From: Alloascoidea hylecoeti
Taxonomy: Eukaryota
Direction of reading: 5' to 3'
Length of the DNA stretch: 64,000 nucleotides
Assembly (NCBI GenBank): GCA_001600815.1
Contig: BCKZ01000018.1
Location: 339,974 to 403,973 of the forward strand
In this document: positions 24,538-36,308 of the stretch, piece by piece
How the letters are laid out: each line of letters opens with the position of its first letter
How positions within the stretch are numbered: position 1 is the first letter of the stretch
Notes under the pieces: generated by a model
What the model saw: only the letters and a program-made list of their open reading frames with translations
Database searches by the model: none
What the model was told of the DNA's origin: nothing
Made by a program: the position numbers and the translations under genes

Positions 24538-27013
24538 TTAAGCACAAACCAGAAGAGATATAAATGTGGATAGAAATATATGGGGGAAATTGACATTTGA
24601 AATATTTCTGCTGTGACCTAGGAGAAAGGATAATATAATATAAATATCGACTAGTTAAGTTAATCAACCTACCAAATCTATATAATAATAAAGCACTATA
24701 GTACTGGAACTTTCGGATAAGCCTATATAAAGCATTTTTATAGTAATTACTAATTAATTATCATGAGCAAAATTTGTTGTGTCAAGGTAATTCAACTAGG
24801 CTATGCTTGCATATGCATATGCACTAAAACTTGCACATGGCAGACTAAGTATTCGGCCACATTTTGATGAACAATTATCCTTCACTAACTATCTGGAATG
24901 ACGGTTTGTCTTGCACATTTGTATCACTACCACGACAATACATTCTAGACGCACTATGTATTGAGCATATTAATATACCTATCGCAGTTGCGACTGTAAT
25001 TAACGGTTTCCATTGTGCCCGATATGCAGGTGTTAGCGCTAAACGTTAGTGTCTTTAAAATTTAAAATTAGCATATAAGCTATAAGCATTAATTCTTCCA
25101 CAGTAAAGGAAATCAGTGTTTACGTACAGTTTTATTCGAAATGTCACTGACAAGTGACTATTTTCTATTTTATCAACTTTGAAAATCTTCAGTATCATAT
25201 TTATCTTGCAATTGTAAATATGTCCACATATAAAGTTTTTATATGCATCTGGGAACTGTTTTAAATTCTAACAAAAAAATCAATTCGAAAATAAAAGGGA
25301 GAATCAAAAAGAAAAGAAGAAAAGAAGAAAAGCTTCACAGATACTCATAAGTCTAGGATATTATTACCACAAATGTTGGATAGTATACTCAAAGTAATTA
25401 TCATGATATATCTACAAACCATAGAGTTATATTCATTAATGGTTCAGGTCTTCTCGTAATCTTAATAAATATGTTTTTCAATTATTATCGGAAATAACGC
25501 TTTAAATTTCATGCTTATCAGTAACATGATCAGGATTTGTATTTATGAGTGATAAAAAAGCCTAAGAATGTTAATTTCTCATTTCTAATGCTGAATATAA
25601 ATCATATAAGATCTTATATTATAATATTCATAGTTGTTATTTACAAAAAGGAGTTCGGAGCATTGTGAAGGCAACCTCCAACTACTCCCTTAAGGCTCAA
25701 ACTAGTTTGTAATTGGGATAGTGGACAAGAATTGTTACATAAGGGTTGATGTAGTTTTCTATTTTATTATAATAATATAGTAATGAGATGTACCAGATAA
25801 ACAAATATAGCTATAGGAAGCTGTAATTGTCTTCAAAACATGTAAAGAATATACAGAGATATACACAGAACATTAGCGCTATACATTTATATATAAATCA
25901 TATGATTATTTATCATATATAAGGACCTATATACCGCGCATTTACAAGAGATAAAAACGGTATGCGAAATTTAAAATCCGTCAATCATATTTTAATTTTA
26001 TAACATCAATTGCAAAGTACATGTATAGAGAAATTTAAAATATACTTTGAAATTGGATGTCCGAATCACCCGCTGCAGTACTAATAAGAGTGGTGTCGAA
26101 GAGCCTTTATGATTAACTTTCACCAAATAGCCATAAATATACAGCTACAGGATTCACGTTTGTATGAGAAGATATCAATCATAATCAACCAAAGAGGCCC
26201 ACAACATTCAACTAGGGCTTCCTTTGAATATGGCTAGAGAGAAGCCCTTTAGAAGACATACTAAGCTTTTCCAGGATCTGGAATGATACGCAACCTTAAT
26301 CCAGTTTTATACACCTGGATTGCTAACATTCGTCGTATGACAACTTAGTCACACTTAGAAATTTTTGGGCTAAAAGGTTTATCAATAGACACAATAACCA
26401 TCTATAGGACATTTACAAAATTTTACTATAAACTTTCAACAATGTTAACGTTGGAGTTTCTAAATTAATAATTAACATAGGCTAATTAGTATATCAACAT
26501 AAAACTGGTTTACCTATGGCCCTCATTCCTGAAATATACTCTGAGTCTTTCCCCTTTTTTGGTGTAGGATATTAGATTATTTTGGCAACTGAATCAAAAG
26601 CAGTGCATCATTCCCAATTTATGAAATTCATCAATCGTTAACCAGACTTCTTATGGAAAAGTTATATATATCATATGCATTAATACTAACTGAATTAACT
26701 AGTACAACCAATACTATAAGTTATAGTTCCTATTCTCACCGAAATCTGAGAAGTTTACCATAGTTAAGAACTCCAAATTACTCAGAAACAGGGAAATATG
26801 CAAAAATCTTAATTTGACAAGTTTTGATTAAAATGCAAGGTTAATTTGCGAGAGCTTTCCAAATAAAACAGTGATAATCTGCAAGAGCTTTCCAAATGGA
26901 GCCAATAAATCACTTTCAGATGCAGTAGTAAGGTAAATTAATGCGAGAGTTACGTAAATGGAGTGCTATCCGGGGATTTTCCCCCTACTCTTTGCGGCAT
27001 TCGGCATTTTGGA

Positions 27014-28910
27014 CTAAGTAACGTATACAATATATACGGATATTTTTACCGTTTTTTTTATTTGATGTATCCATATTACAACTCGGTCTCCAGGGAAAAC
27101 CATCAGATTGTGTTTTAATTTTGGTAGATTTCTGTGTACCCCCATATTATTACAAAGAGCATCCATAATGATTCCACTTAGATTCCCAGTGCGACAATAA
27201 TTAAGTCCAACACTCAAGAGTGTGAGCCGCATGAGTATACTTCCTCAAACATTTCGTAAACCTCCGGTTGTTTAATTATTTCTCTATTCAGATGTTCTGC
27301 AGTTGCGTGTATATGGCTCTATTTTGTTTTATAAAATCTTTTTACTTGATGCTTTAGGCTCCTCACAATAAGGGCAAGCAGAAATGCTTTCCTGATCACC
27401 AGTGAATGCCATACAGAAATTGGAACAATACCTAGCTTCCGTAGGTTTTGGAATTTGAATGGCATTGGTTATGGATTTGTAATAGTGGTACATGCTTATT
27501 TGTCCTATAATACGAAGGTCGATATTAGTATCATTTTTTGATATAGCCTTACAAATTCATCGAATCAAGTTTGACTTTTAAGATTCAATTAACTTAAAAT
27601 CCTATTTAATTTCACAAATATCAGAATCTGAAAATTAAAATGAATATTGAAATATAAAGACATGTACAGATTAAAATACAATATAATCGAAACCTTTAAT
27701 TCCCACTGTTGGATATATATTACACTCTTAGAACAGTTCACTAAAGGGTCGATTGGCTTTTTGGCGCAACTGGGAGAACAGGCACTTTGAACTTTAACAC
27801 CCACCGATTCATCTGATAATCTTTTGTCCTCTCCCAAACGTTCCATGAATTGCTTAAGCATTTTTGTCACATATTTTAATTGTCTACCTTTACATGTGTT
27901 TGTGGTAATAACTCCGTCTAAGGTTATTACACTTAGTATAATACCCATTATAGAGTTATTTCTGGATTTCATGTTCTGCACACACCGTTTATACTCAATG
28001 TCGCGATATGCTCATCGGATTCATTAGCTTCCATTTCTCTTAGGCGCACCATACAATTCTTCAGGTTCCAGTTCGTCTTCGGACTCATCTGCATCCATAG
28101 CTTCTGCCTCCAATTCGTCTTCATTAACAGAATTCGGAAAGGCTTGGTGCCGGTTAACTGTTGAAGTGTCGACCCCGATTACATTTGCCATGATACTTTA
28201 ATTGGGTTTGGGCCCTGCATATTTTGGTTCAATGGGGGGTGGAACCTTTCGTCGGAGATTGTATTGACTGAATATGTGATGGTGGATTCGAATCTCTTTC
28301 TTTTACGTTCCCGAGCCTTGTTTAGTCTTCCACAAACTCTCTTTTCCTCAATTCTACGAGCTTGCAATTGATGATGATACGTTCAAGTCCATTATTATTG
28401 TTGTTAGACACTTATTTAAGTTTGAGTTTACTTCGTCTCTAATTTCTGGTGTAATGAAAGCTTTAAATTTTCTTTTTGCCAAAAAATCACAACATCCAAA
28501 ATTTTTTCTTACGTTCGAATGTTCACAATTTATTATATTTTTAAGAAATAAATTTCTTATGCAGTTGACATCTTCTAATGTGTAATTCATGTAGTTCTAT
28601 GTTAATCTAATTTCAAACAGATTTTTTAAAGTTTCATTAGTCGCAGGTGGACAAGGAATGTTTAGTTCCCGAAATTCAACGAGAATAAATAAGGGTATGT
28701 TCAATTTATGCGTGATATCAATATCGATATCATCTAACGATTAAATAACTGTTTAGGCAATTGTTGGTTAATTTAATTTCAATAGATTTCTCAAAGTTTC
28801 GTTGAAAATTTTAATCGGAGATGAATTCAACAAGGGTATGTTCGTGTTAACAATGTCGATATCATTTCTTTCGGTGTGTTTAGGTGAATGCTGGTTAATT
28901 CTATTCAAGT
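27014..28910 (-). mobile_element. Degenerate CACTA/EnSpm (CMC, Tnp2-like) transposon relic; boundaries uncertain
   Basis: Minus-strand YCSNFCMAFTGDQESISACPYCEEPK (27430-27353) resembles the CxNxCxAFxGx(7)CPxCxxxR motif that precedes Transposase_21 domains. Upstream fragments are broken by stops and include an acidic tract. Confidence 0.55.
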
Positions 28911-29375
28911 GTTAAATTTGGGGATTTTTAAAGTTACGTATATATCTATTCATAGAGATGGATTTAATTATATATTTTATATAATATTTAATAAATTTTA
29001 ATAAATTTTAATAATAATAAATTTTACAATCCGAATCCGAAAACTCGTAAAATGCAAACCGAATTCTAAATCGAATATCTCGTTCCGTCCTGCGATATGG
29101 ATGAACACAGTCACGTGAGAGTTTTCATGAGCAGACGCATACACACACGACTTTGCATGGATCCAAATTTTGATCCTCAAGTCTTCTTTTATAAAATTTT
29201 ATGATTTTTCTTGTAATTAATGTTTGTTTATCTTTTTTGAGTGAATCCATCAACTATATATCTTCTTTTTAATATGGTTTCTGGTTGGCTGTCGATGATG
29301 AATGGTGCAAGGACTTTAGATCTTTTATATTTCAATTAAAATTATAATAGTAGCCAACCCCACAATCATATACCC

Positions 29376-29391
29376 CACGTGATCACCCTAA
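29376..29391 (+). promoter_or_regulatory. Cbf1-type E-box (CACGTGA) plus Tbf1-like ACCCTAA
   Basis: cacgtgatcaccctaa lies ~75-90 bp upstream of the ATG at 29465. Confidence 0.35.
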
Positions 29392-29464
29392 CCGATATTT
29401 AGCCGGTATTTACTATTAAAAACTTAAAACTTCACGAATCTAACTTCATACACTTCACTTTAAA

Positions 29465-30510
29465 ATGCTGAGACTCTCCACTTCTACTAGAGCTAGTTTG
29501 CTTAAAAGAAATGCCCTCAACTTGAAATCATCAATTGCGTACTTCAGTTCTTCTGTCAATGTATGCAAGGATATTTCTCGTATAACCGTCATTGGGGCTG
29601 GTCAAATGGGCCTCGGCATTGCTCTTGTAGCCGCAAATAAAGCTGGTGCTACTGTTAGACTACTTGACAATTCTGCCGCTTCTCTTGAAAAGGGCCTTAC
29701 ATTTCTTGGTAAGTTTTTCTCTCTTGCTTATACTCACTAAACTGGGCACTAAGATCCAACCATTATTTGGTCTCATTTATAGATAAACTTCTACAAAAAG
29801 ATATCAAAAAAGGAAGATTGACCGAAGATGCTGCTGCTGATATTAAATCCAGGATCCTTCCTACTACTTCAATTGAGGAAAGCGTTTCTGATGCTGAATT
29901 GGTTATTGAAGCTGTTCCAGAGATATCAAGTCTGAAAGAATCTATTTTCAAGCAATTGGCTGAATTGACTAAAGATAAAGCTACAATTTTAGCTACAAAT
30001 ACTTCATCAATTAGTATTACAAAAATTGCCGCTGCTGCAAAAGGTGCTGAAAGCCGTGTTGTTGCTGCACATTTTATGAATCCTGTTCCAGTTCAGCGTG
30101 GTGTTGAAATCATTAGTGGCCTTCAAACCAATCCAGAAGTATTGCAAAATACTATTGATTTCATTAAAAAGATGGGGAAAACCCCTTCTACTTCTAGAGA
30201 TGCTCCAGGTTTTCTTGCAAATAGAATTTTATTACCTTATATTAATGAAGCTATTATTTGTCTCGAAACTGGAGTTGGTGAAAAAGAAGATATTGACAAT
30301 ATTCTAAAAAATGGTTGTGCTATGCCAATGGGACCCTTAGCATTGGCTGATTTCATTGGTCTTGATACCTGCTTAGCTATTCTCAAGGTGTTACATAATG
30401 AAATTGGTGATTCAAAATATAGGCCTGCTACCTTATTATCAAAATATGTCGATGCTGGTTGGCTTGGTGTTAAGTCTGGTAAAGGTTTCTATGATTATCC
30501 AACGAAATAA
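29465..30510 (+). CDS. Mitochondrial 3-hydroxybutyryl/3-hydroxyacyl-CoA dehydrogenase, 2 exons: 29465-29708, 29783-30510
   Basis: Arg/Ser-rich presequence; motifs VIGAGQMGLGIA, IEAVPE, ATNTSSISIT, HFMNPVP and PMGPLALADFIGLD; GTAAGT..TAG intron. Confidence 0.92.
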
Positions 30511-30809
30511 GTACAGGCAAAATAACTTTCATAAATATCACATAAAAATATATGCATATCGTTTACAGTACTAGTTTTATTCTATAGTTAAATAAATACA
30601 CTACACTTTGAATCTTTGATATAATAATAATTAAATGTAGGGGAAGGTTTTCAATTAGAGGACCATTATACAAATGCTTCAGATAAATATATAGAGATGA
30701 GAAACTAGACAAATATCATTATTTTTCTTTTTTAAGTGGGGTTATTTTGCGTTTTCCTTTTGCGTGAGGGCCAGAATGGGTGTGAATAATGAGTATCGAT
30801 TTAAATAAT

Positions 30810-31569
30810 TTACTCTTCAACATCTTCATCAAGTACGGTACCTGCAATACGATCTAAATCTCTTTGTCCATCAGCAGTAATTCTTCTTCCTCCCTTTGGT
30901 GAAATCTCAACAATACCAACTTTTTCTAATGATTGAAGAACCTTTCTATTAATTGATCCAGATGCATTACGGTGATGAGATGGTCTGCTACCACGGTTGA
31001 CGGCACCACCATATAATTTGTTTAATTTACCAACACCAACTTGTTTACGTAAGTAAATGTGTCTTGCGACTGAAGCAGCACGCTTGTAGAACCACATTTC
31101 AGATTCTTGTGGAGGGAGTTCGTTACCAGAACTAGTCTTAACTAATTCAACATAACCGGGAACATCAAGTTTACCTTGTCGTTGTAAAAACAGAGCATAC
31201 GAATTAATGAAATCGGCAGCAGAAACGTCTCTAAACCTAATGTTAGTCATAAAGTTGTCTAGTATGGTTGATACTGGCTGAAATATGATGTTTGATCTCT
31301 TATTATCGAATGAATTGGTGCCTTAATGAAATCGAAATTTCTGATTAATTTCGTTAATTTTAAGGTAAATAATAATATATTTCCTTTTGGGTTGAATCTC
31401 CTCCACAATATAGTCCACATGTGATGAATAATTGTTGATAATTACACGATAGTATTTCTTTCATTTTAACACTTTATGTATCCTCTTCATTCACAAATTT
31501 TGTTCAAACCCATATTTCTCCAATATCAACGAAAAGAGGTTGTTTAACTTACCTAACTGAGGCACGCAT
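30810..31569 (-). CDS. RPS19: 40S ribosomal protein eS19, 2 exons: 31569-31553, 31230-30810
   Basis: MRASVR|DVSAADFINSYA...WFYKRAASVARHIYLR; intron GTAAGT..GACTAAC..TAG. Confidence 0.97.
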
Positions 31570-31938
31570 ATTTAAATGATTTTATATATAATTGTTATAC
31601 TCGTTGTTTCGATAACTTACACTTGAAGGTTATTTCATGCTGAAATATTCACATTATGTGTATAATATGGACCATAGATTTTCTATATTAGGAAAATGAA
31701 GTCACAGATTGAAAGAAATAATCCGGGTAACCAACTTTTGGGATCCAAAAAAGGAATGAAGATTTCATATTTATATTAACGAAATTGTGACAGTTACAAA
31801 TAGGTACGAATGATATACATTAAAGATATTAAATTAAATACATTTCTCAAGACTTTTTGTGTTATCTTACAATGAAGATAACACATCCCAACCACCTGTT
31901 TATTGTAGAACTGTAGAAAATCAAGGATTGTTGCTAAA

Positions 31939-32732
31939 TTAGACCTTGAAACCCTTAGAGTTTCTACGACCACGACCTTTCTCGAACTTACGTCCTTTTG
32001 ACAAGATTCTTGGTGCCTTACGTTTGTGAGGACCCATTCCAAAGTGTCGGACAGCTTCTCTTGAATTTCGTGGACCTCTGACAATTAAGGTATTATTACC
32101 CTTTGGTGCACGTTTAGAAAGTTGATCAAGAGTAAGAATTTCACCACCAGCCTTTAAAATTCTGGCCCTGGCAGTAGCAGTAACTCTCAGAGCAGCAATT
32201 GTAGCTTTAGGGAATTCTAAAAGACGGTTGTCATCAGTTATAGTTCCAACAACAACAATGATTTTTTTGGAAGCACCTTCTTGTTGAAGGGCTTTAGAGA
32301 TTCTTGAAAGAGAAACTGGAGGACGGTTTGTCTTGGAGAGATATAAACTTCTAAGAACAACTTTGTTGAAAGCAGCATCAGTACGACCTAAAAATATTTG
32401 TTAGAGTTTACTATTAACGGTAAAGAGCTGGAAATATGTTGTGTCTCTCGATATTTCCCCAAATATAACGTCTCGGTCGAATTTTCAGCTTCCGAACAGT
32501 TAATAATCAATACTACTACTACTTCGCTTCCCCGAACTAATATATCTTGTTGTATTTATAGAGTGCTGCACATTTCCAGCCTTTTTGCATAATTTCCATT
32601 TTTGAATAATGACAACTTACGAGCTAAGAAACGATAGAGCCTGACTAAAAGCGTCAATTGAACATCCTTTGACTTTGGAGCTTTACGGTTACCACTTTTG
32701 ACGTGTAGTTTTGAAAAAGAGTCTTTTCCCAT
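31939..32732 (-). CDS. RPL18: 60S ribosomal protein eL18, 2 exons: 32732-32621, 32387-31939 (186 aa)
   Basis: MGKD...[34 protein letters not shown]...[11 protein letters not shown]. The main exon is absent from the ORF track. Confidence 0.96.
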
Positions 32733-32840
32733 TTTTGTGTTGTTGGTGTTGATGTTGTTAAAATTAGACACTTGATGTAAAATATCAATTTTCTTAAAAC
32801 TGGACTCAGCAATATTGATCGGGTTTGACCCTATGTGGCA

Positions 32841-32847
32841 TCACGTG
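32841..32847 (+). promoter_or_regulatory. Cbf1-type site TCACGTG in the RPL18/PEX8 divergent promoter
   Basis: Exact CDEI/Cbf1 consensus ~110 bp upstream of the RPL18 ATG. Confidence 0.45.
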
Positions 32848-32983
32848 CTATCTTTAAATAATAACAAACATATAAACATGAATAATTATAATAATAAGCC
32901 AGCCTCTATATATTACTATTAGCAAGAATGCCTTTTACTCCTCCTACCTTCTCCAAATAAACTCCGCCGGAGACAAAGATACC

Positions 32984-35026
32984 ATGGACCAAGTGAACCA
33001 AAGACACCCCACGCGTCCTGTCCCTCGTCCCGTCCCCCCTCCACGTTCCCAGCTTTTGCTAGAGGAATTACTAATTCACCTCCAGAAAGAAGAAACAACA
33101 TTCACATTCGAGCAGTAAGTATCATACGTTTCCATGGCAAATAAAATGTTATCAGCAGGATTCGGCAGTTCTAACAACAATTTTTTAAGGTTATTACAGA
33201 GATTTGTTAATACTCTTCCTATGGTAAAGAATGAACTCAATGTCATTCTTCTGGTCCAAATCTTTTTACAAAGTAAACACATCTTTCCGGACAATAAATT
33301 GGATGTCAAGACACATTATATGATTATCGAAGCCTTTAGAGCTGCGTTCAATAGAAAACAGTTGGTTTCTTTTCCAACTCTTCCGGTTGATAGATTTTAT
33401 GTTGATGTAGTTCATGCACTGTCTCAGGTAACCCCCAAATGGAAAACAACTTTAGCTATTGCAGGTATTTTACAATCAGATATCATAAAAAACAATAGTG
33501 AAATCAAAAAGAGTGTTGCTCATGCTAGGAGAATATTAGTAGATGCTATTAATTATACCTTTAATCCTTCAAATAAAGTAACAGTTGATGTGAGTCCAGA
33601 GATCTCCGCCCTTACTCTATTGTCTTTAGGATACTCTTTTACATATTTAACTGCAGCAGATAAGAAAAAACTTCCAACGGAATCTATTCTACCAGATTTA
33701 ATTGAGCTTGTTTACTTTTCGAACTTTGGTCTTAATGGCGGAATGTTTTTAAAAGACTTAGATGAGTCGTCTATTAAAGAAAGATTACAAGAACCAATTC
33801 TCACAAGGTTGAGCTCTTTATCATTCCTCATCCAAAATTCCATTCAAGAATCACATCATTATTATTTAGCTATGGAAACTTGTCTTAATAGATTATTGAC
33901 ATTTACTAAAAACCTTGAAACAATCTATAAGTTGAAAGTTCAAGGAAAACCTGATGTTGAATATGGGGAAAATTTATGGAAAATCTTAAAGCTCACTGTA
34001 TTTTCCCTCATAATTGCATTTCAAGGATACGTTTCCTTCTCATTGCATGCTAAACATGATGTGGTTTACGATCTATTTCCTGAATTCTATGTTAAAATAT
34101 TAGGTTCATTGTACCACATTCATTTTATTGTTAATAAAATCGGTACAGAAGGTTTCTCTGCCTATAGTTTTGTTTATTATACTTCTCTCGACGCACTTCT
34201 AGAGACATCTCCTAAGTCAGCGGAAGCCTTCGGCAGGAAAATGGTATCTGGGTGTGATCTCCAATTAGTCAACAAGAGTATAGTTGAACAAGCCAAGGTT
34301 AAATTTATATTGGATTATTTTGAACATTTAGTTCCTTTTGCATCACAGGAAATAATTGATGAAGTAATCATGCCAGTGACAAATTCCTTTTTATTTCCTC
34401 AGGATACTAATACAATGAAAACTGAACTCAAACCAATTTTGGAGTCTGCACATTCTGTTGTATTGGCTTCATTTTCTTCGGATCGGAACGCAAAACTTAA
34501 TGCGAAAATAATTGGCCCGTATATTAGTACTATTTTGAATCTTTTCCCTAGTGTATTTACACCAGATCAGTTTATTTTAGCAACCGAAACAATTGCTAAG
34601 GCAGTAAATGCACCATCTCCAATTTATGAAATTGATCAATCGTTAGCTAGACTTCTTATGGATAAGTTATATAATAGATCATTGACTGAGTCTCCTGGTA
34701 AACCGGTTCCTACACCTTTAAGCTCAACCGGCTTGGATAAATCAACTGACGATGATAATAGTAATACCCCACCTACTATCAGAACAACAATCATATCTGC
34801 TCTTATTAATATCTTATGTTATGTAGATCCTAATAATCTGGAACATTGGCTGAATAGAATATGGGTATTATTTGTTTCTAAAAGGACGGATCCAAAGGAA
34901 AGAGAAGAGGTTGAATACACCAAAGCTCTCTTATGGACAACAATGTCATCTAAATTTGATATGGTTCGAGCAAATATAGCTATTAAGTGGTGGTATGATA
35001 ATGATATCTTGCTGCCAAAGCTGTAA
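32984..35026 (+). CDS. PEX8: Peroxin Pex8, 2 exons: 32984-33114, 33190-35026
   Basis: Leu-rich helical protein with LESAHSVVLA, ending WWY...LPKL (PTS1-like). An upstream exon joins in frame through GTAAGT..TTCTAAC..AAG, so the track ATG at 33134 lies inside the intron. Confidence 0.8.
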
Positions 35027-35524
35027 GCCTCCGCTATTTTATGGAGATGTTAACTAATCTTGTTGTATCTGATTTGGGTGAATTTTTCTTGGTATCAAGT
35101 CTAATGAAAGGTTATTTTACTAAGAAGTTAATTCCAAGAATATGTATCTAGAAGGTAATTATACATATAGTGTAGTAGATAATTTATGTTTCTTATCTTT
35201 ATTTCAGCTCAACATGTCGGTTTATTTGTAAAAGTGCCGATACATGTATTACATGGGCCAAACCCATATCTCAATTGGACAAATTTTGCGACATGTAAGT
35301 TATGTAACAAATATAAACAAACACTATGTGGGTTGAGCAGTTTATAGTTAAAATGCTGGGATAAAATCAAAATTTTATTGGATTTTTATGATTGATCATC
35401 TGGTATAGTTCGTTCAGAACTACCTACTTCCAGATGCATTACCCATAACTATAACTATATTATTAACATCTGGAAGAAAATTATCAATACCATCCCTTGA
35501 AAGCTATTTTCTTTTAAGATCCAA

Positions 35525-36088
35525 ATGAATACGAATGAAACCACACCTTTAGATGTCTGTTCTACGACCGAGGTTCCAGATCTAGGATATATAGATCTAG
35601 AAAATGCTAAGACAGTTGTACTTATGACAATGTGGTCAACATTATTAGCTAATAATCTACGGAACATTTTAAGGAAATTTAGAGAGAGAACAGAACAACA
35701 AATTTCTTCTTCAACTCGATGGACAAGTACTCAGAATAGAAAAATTTTAGAAGCAATTCATTCTCAAACTCATGCTTCATCTTTTCGTGTCTTTCAATAT
35801 AGATCAAAACAATGGAATGATCATCAACGACATAGTAAATTAAATTTTTGGCCATATTATGGTACTCAAACTTGTCATATTTGTTTAGGAGAATTTGAAG
35901 ATGATGATTTTGTAAGGACATTAAGATGTGGTCATACTTTTCATAATGAATGTGTTATTCGATGGATGCAAACTAAAATTGGTCTTAGATCTAACGATTA
36001 TGACATTAATTGGACTGATAAAAGTTGTGCAGTGTGCAAAAAAAAAGTATTTTCTACTCGTTGGATTAAAAATATGGAAAAATCCTGA
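35525..36088 (+). CDS. Small RING-H2 finger protein
   Basis: C3H2C3 pattern CHICLGEFEDDDFVRTLRCGHTFHNECVIRW...CAVCK. Confidence 0.8.
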   Translation: MNTNETTPLDVCSTTEVPDLGYIDLENAKTVVLMTMWSTLLANNLRNILRKFRERTEQQISSSTRWTSTQNRKILEAIHSQTHASSFRVFQYRSKQWNDHQRHSKLNFWPYYGTQTCHICLGEFEDDDFVRTLRCGHTFHNECVIRWMQTKIGLRSNDYDINWTDKSCAVCKKKVFSTRWIKNMEKS

Positions 36089-36308
36089 TTTAAATCATTA
36101 GGGGCGGCTGCTGGAATTATTATTCAACATTAAATATTCATGTTTGTCTTTGTAAAATTGCTGCAATTGATGGCCAACTATTTATTAGTAGAGTCACAAT
36201 GATTGTTATTGTTATATAGTAAAATAAATGCAATTACTTTTATATATTACTATACTATCATGCATAACTCAACAAAATTACAACGTCATAAAGCAATAAA
36301 CAATGTAC

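Noticed and set aside
26100..26660. Coding-like decayed sequence
   Set aside because: It contains multiple stops and no identifiable family signature.
26847..26963. CRISPR-like spacing of short repeats
   Set aside because: The context is eukaryotic, there are only three degenerate units with irregular spacing, and there are no cas genes.
31231..31552. Long RPS19 intron as a possible snoRNA host
   Set aside because: No convincing C/D box pair on the transcribed strand.
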